From Balanoglossus misakiensis (lineage: Eukaryota > Animalia > Hemichordata), in the NCBI GenBank assembly GCA_040954595.2, contig CM082589.2, positions 10,056,894-10,120,893 on the forward strand: 64,000 bases of DNA, given 5' to 3'. Shown here piece by piece: positions 61,201 through 64,000 of the stretch. Numbering within the stretch: the first letter of the stretch is position 1; each line of letters opens with the position of its first letter. The translations under genes and the position numbers were made by a program. The notes beneath the pieces are model-generated. The model ran no database searches and was not told where the DNA came from. It was given only the letters and a program-made list of their open reading frames with translations.

Positions 61201-64000
61201 AAATTTTACAACTATCCGTCGATCTACAGAGTCTGGTGGAAAACTTTCTTATGCGCATAGGCCTATTACGTGTTCTGCGCCTCACAACAGAAATCGGTAA
61301 ATAAACGAGGCTGTTTGGAAGCAACCATGTAAATTTTAGAACTATCCGTCGATCTACAGAGTCTAGTGGAAAAACGTTCATGTGCGCATAGGCCTATCAT
61401 GTGTTATGCACATCACAACAGAATTTTGTAAACAAACGAGGCTTTGTTTGGAAGCAACAATGGAAATTTTAGAACTATCTGTCGATCTACGGAGTATAGT
61501 GGAAAACGTTCATATGCGCATAGGCCTATATATGTGTTCTGCGCATCACAACAGAATTTTGTAAACAATCGAGGATGTGTTTGGAAGCAATCATGGAAAT
61601 TTTAGAACTATCCGTCGATCTACAGAGTCTAGTGGGAAACTTTATTATGCGCATAGGCCTATTACGTGCTCTGCGCCTCACAACAGAATTCGGTAAATAA
61701 ACGAGGCTGTTTGGAAGCAACCATGGAAATTTTAGAACTATCCGTCGATCTACAGAGTCTAGTGGAAAAATGTCTTATGCGCATAGGCCTATCATGTGTT
61801 CTGCGCCTCACAACAGAAATCGGTAAATAAACGAGGCTGTTTGGAAGCAACCATGGAAATTGTACAACTATCTGTCGATCTACATAGTCTAGTGGAAAAC
61901 GTTCTTATGCGCATAGGCCTATCTATGTGTTATGCGCATCACAACAGAAATCGGTAAATAAACGAGGCTGTATTTGGAAGCAATCATGAAATTTTACAAC
62001 TATCCGTCGATCTACAGAGTCTGGTGGAAAACTTCCTTATGCGCATAGACCTATTACGTGTTCTGCGCCTCACAACAGAATTCGGTAAATAAACGATGCT
62101 GTTTGGAAGCAACCATGGAAATTGTACAACTATCCGTCGATCTACAGAGTCTAGTGGAAAACGTTCTTATGCGCATAGGCCTATCTATGTGTTATGCGCA
62201 TCACAACAGAAATCGGTAAATAAACGAGGCTGTGTTTGGAAGCATCCATGGACATTTTAGAACTATCTCTCGATCTACAGAGTCTATAGTGGAAAACTTT
62301 CTTATGCACATATGCCTATCTATGTGTTCTGCGCCTCACAACAGAAATCGGTAAATAAACGAGGCTGTTTAAAAGCAACCATGGAAATTTTACAGCTATC
62401 CGTCGATCTACAGAGTCTAGTGGAAACGTTCTTATGCGCATAGGCCTATATATGTGTTCTGCGTATCACAACAGAATTTTGTAAACAAACGAGGCTGTGT
62501 TTGGAAGCAACCATGGACATTTTAGAACTATCTCTCGATCTACAGAGTCTATAGTGGAAAACTTTCTTATGCACATATGCCTATCTATGTGTTCTGCGCC
62601 TCACAACAGAATTCGGTAAATAAACGAGGCTGTTTGGAAGCAACCATGGAAATTTTACAACTATCCGTCGATCTACAGAGTCTAGTGGAAAACGTTATTA
62701 TGCGCATAGGCCTATATATGTGTTCTGCGCATCACAACAGAATTTTGTAAACAAACGAGGCTGTGTTTGGAAGCAACCATGGAAATTTTAGAACTATCTC
62801 TCGATCTACAGAGTCTAGTGGAAAACTTTATTATGCACATATGCCTATCTATGTGTTCTGCGCATCACAACAGAAATCGGTAAATAAACGAGGCTGTTTG
62901 GAAGCAACCATGGAAATTTTACAACTATCCGTCGATCTACAGAGTCTGGTGGAAAACTTTCTTATGCGCATAGGCCTATTACGTGCTCTGCGCCTCACAA
63001 CAGAATTCGGTAAATAAACGAGGCTGTTTGGAAGCAACCATGGAAATTTTAGAACTATCCGTCGATCTACAGAGTCTAGTGGAAAACGTTATTATGCGCA
63101 TAGGCCTATATATGTGTTCTGCGCATCACAACAGAATTTTGTAAACAAACGAGGCTGTGTTTGGAAGCAATCATGGAAATTTTAGAACTATCTCTCGATC
63201 TACAGAGTCTAGTGGAAAACTTTATTATGCACATATGCCTATCTATGTGTTCTGCGCATCACAACAGAAATCGGTAAATAAACGAGGCTGTTTGGAAGCA
63301 ACCATGGAAATTTTACAACTATCCGTCGATCTACAGAGTCTAGTGGAAAAATGTCTTATGCGCATAGGCCTATCATGTGTTCTGTGCCTCACAACAGAAA
63401 TAGGTAAATAAACGAGGCTGTTTGGAAGCAACCATGGAAATTGTACAACTATCCGTCGATCTACAGAGTCTAGTGGAAAACGTTCTTATGCGCATAGGCC
63501 TATCTATGTGTTATGCGCATCACAACAGAAATCGGTAAATAAACGAGGCTGTATTTGGAAGCAACCATGAAATTTTACAACTATCCGTCGATCTACAGAG
63601 TCTGGTGGAAAACTTCCTTATGCGCATAGACCTATTACGTGTTCTGCGCCTCACAACAGAATTCGGTAAATAAACGAGGCTGTTTGGAAGCAACCATGGA
63701 CATTGTACAACTATCCGTCGATCTACAAAGTCTAGTGGAAAACGTTCTTATGCGCATAGGCCTATCTATGTGTTATGCGCATCACAACAGAAATCGCTAA
63801 ATAAACGAGGCTGTATTTGGAAGCAACCATGAAATTTTACAACTATCTGTCGATCTACGGAGTATAGTGGAAAACGTTCATATGCGCATAGGCCTATATA
63901 TGTGTTCTGCGCATCACAACAGAATTTTGTAAACAATCGAGGATGTGTTTGGAAGCAATCATGGAAATTTTAGAACTATCCGTCGATCTACAGAGTCTAG
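58212..64000. repeat. 131-133-bp satellite array (right block, continues past the window)
   Basis: Same monomer, resuming in register after the insertion. Confidence 0.99.

Noticed and set aside
30668-64000. Dozens of 60-140-aa ORFs (MFGSNHGNFRT..., MRIGLSCVM...)
   Set aside because: They are translations of satellite monomers with no protein motifs; frames shift with monomer length.

Overview
Eukaryotic (animal, probably marine invertebrate) repeat-rich, heterochromatin-like DNA; I see no host gene. Bases 1-14.9 kb hold a large minus-strand Helentron/Helitron2 that runs off the left edge. Its 5' end has a hairpin/subTIR, a microsatellite and four 239-bp repeats. It encodes an inferred spliced ~2,550-aa polyprotein, split by a single 1-bp deletion: herpesvirus-tegument-type (peptidase C76-like) cysteine protease/deubiquitinase, 21-aa repeats, HUH Rep, Pif1 helicase, APE-type endonuclease. 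Downstream lies a separate intron-containing tandem OB-fold (RPA/SSB-like) gene that the ORF track misses. The element abuts a 78-bp A-tract satellite. Bases 18.6-30.6 kb are a graveyard of elements: a short non-autonomous partner of the same Helentron, Academ ends and a transposase relic, a Gypsy integrase fragment, a decayed DIRS/Ngaro tyrosine-recombinase retroelement, and a 5'-truncated L1/Tx1 LINE with a 14-bp TSD. Bases 30.7-64 kb are a 131-133-bp satellite with shifting higher-order repeats, interrupted by a 5,976-bp non-autonomous CACTG-type (EnSpm/CMC) element with a TA TSD. Family assignments rest on motif recognition by eye; no searches were run.
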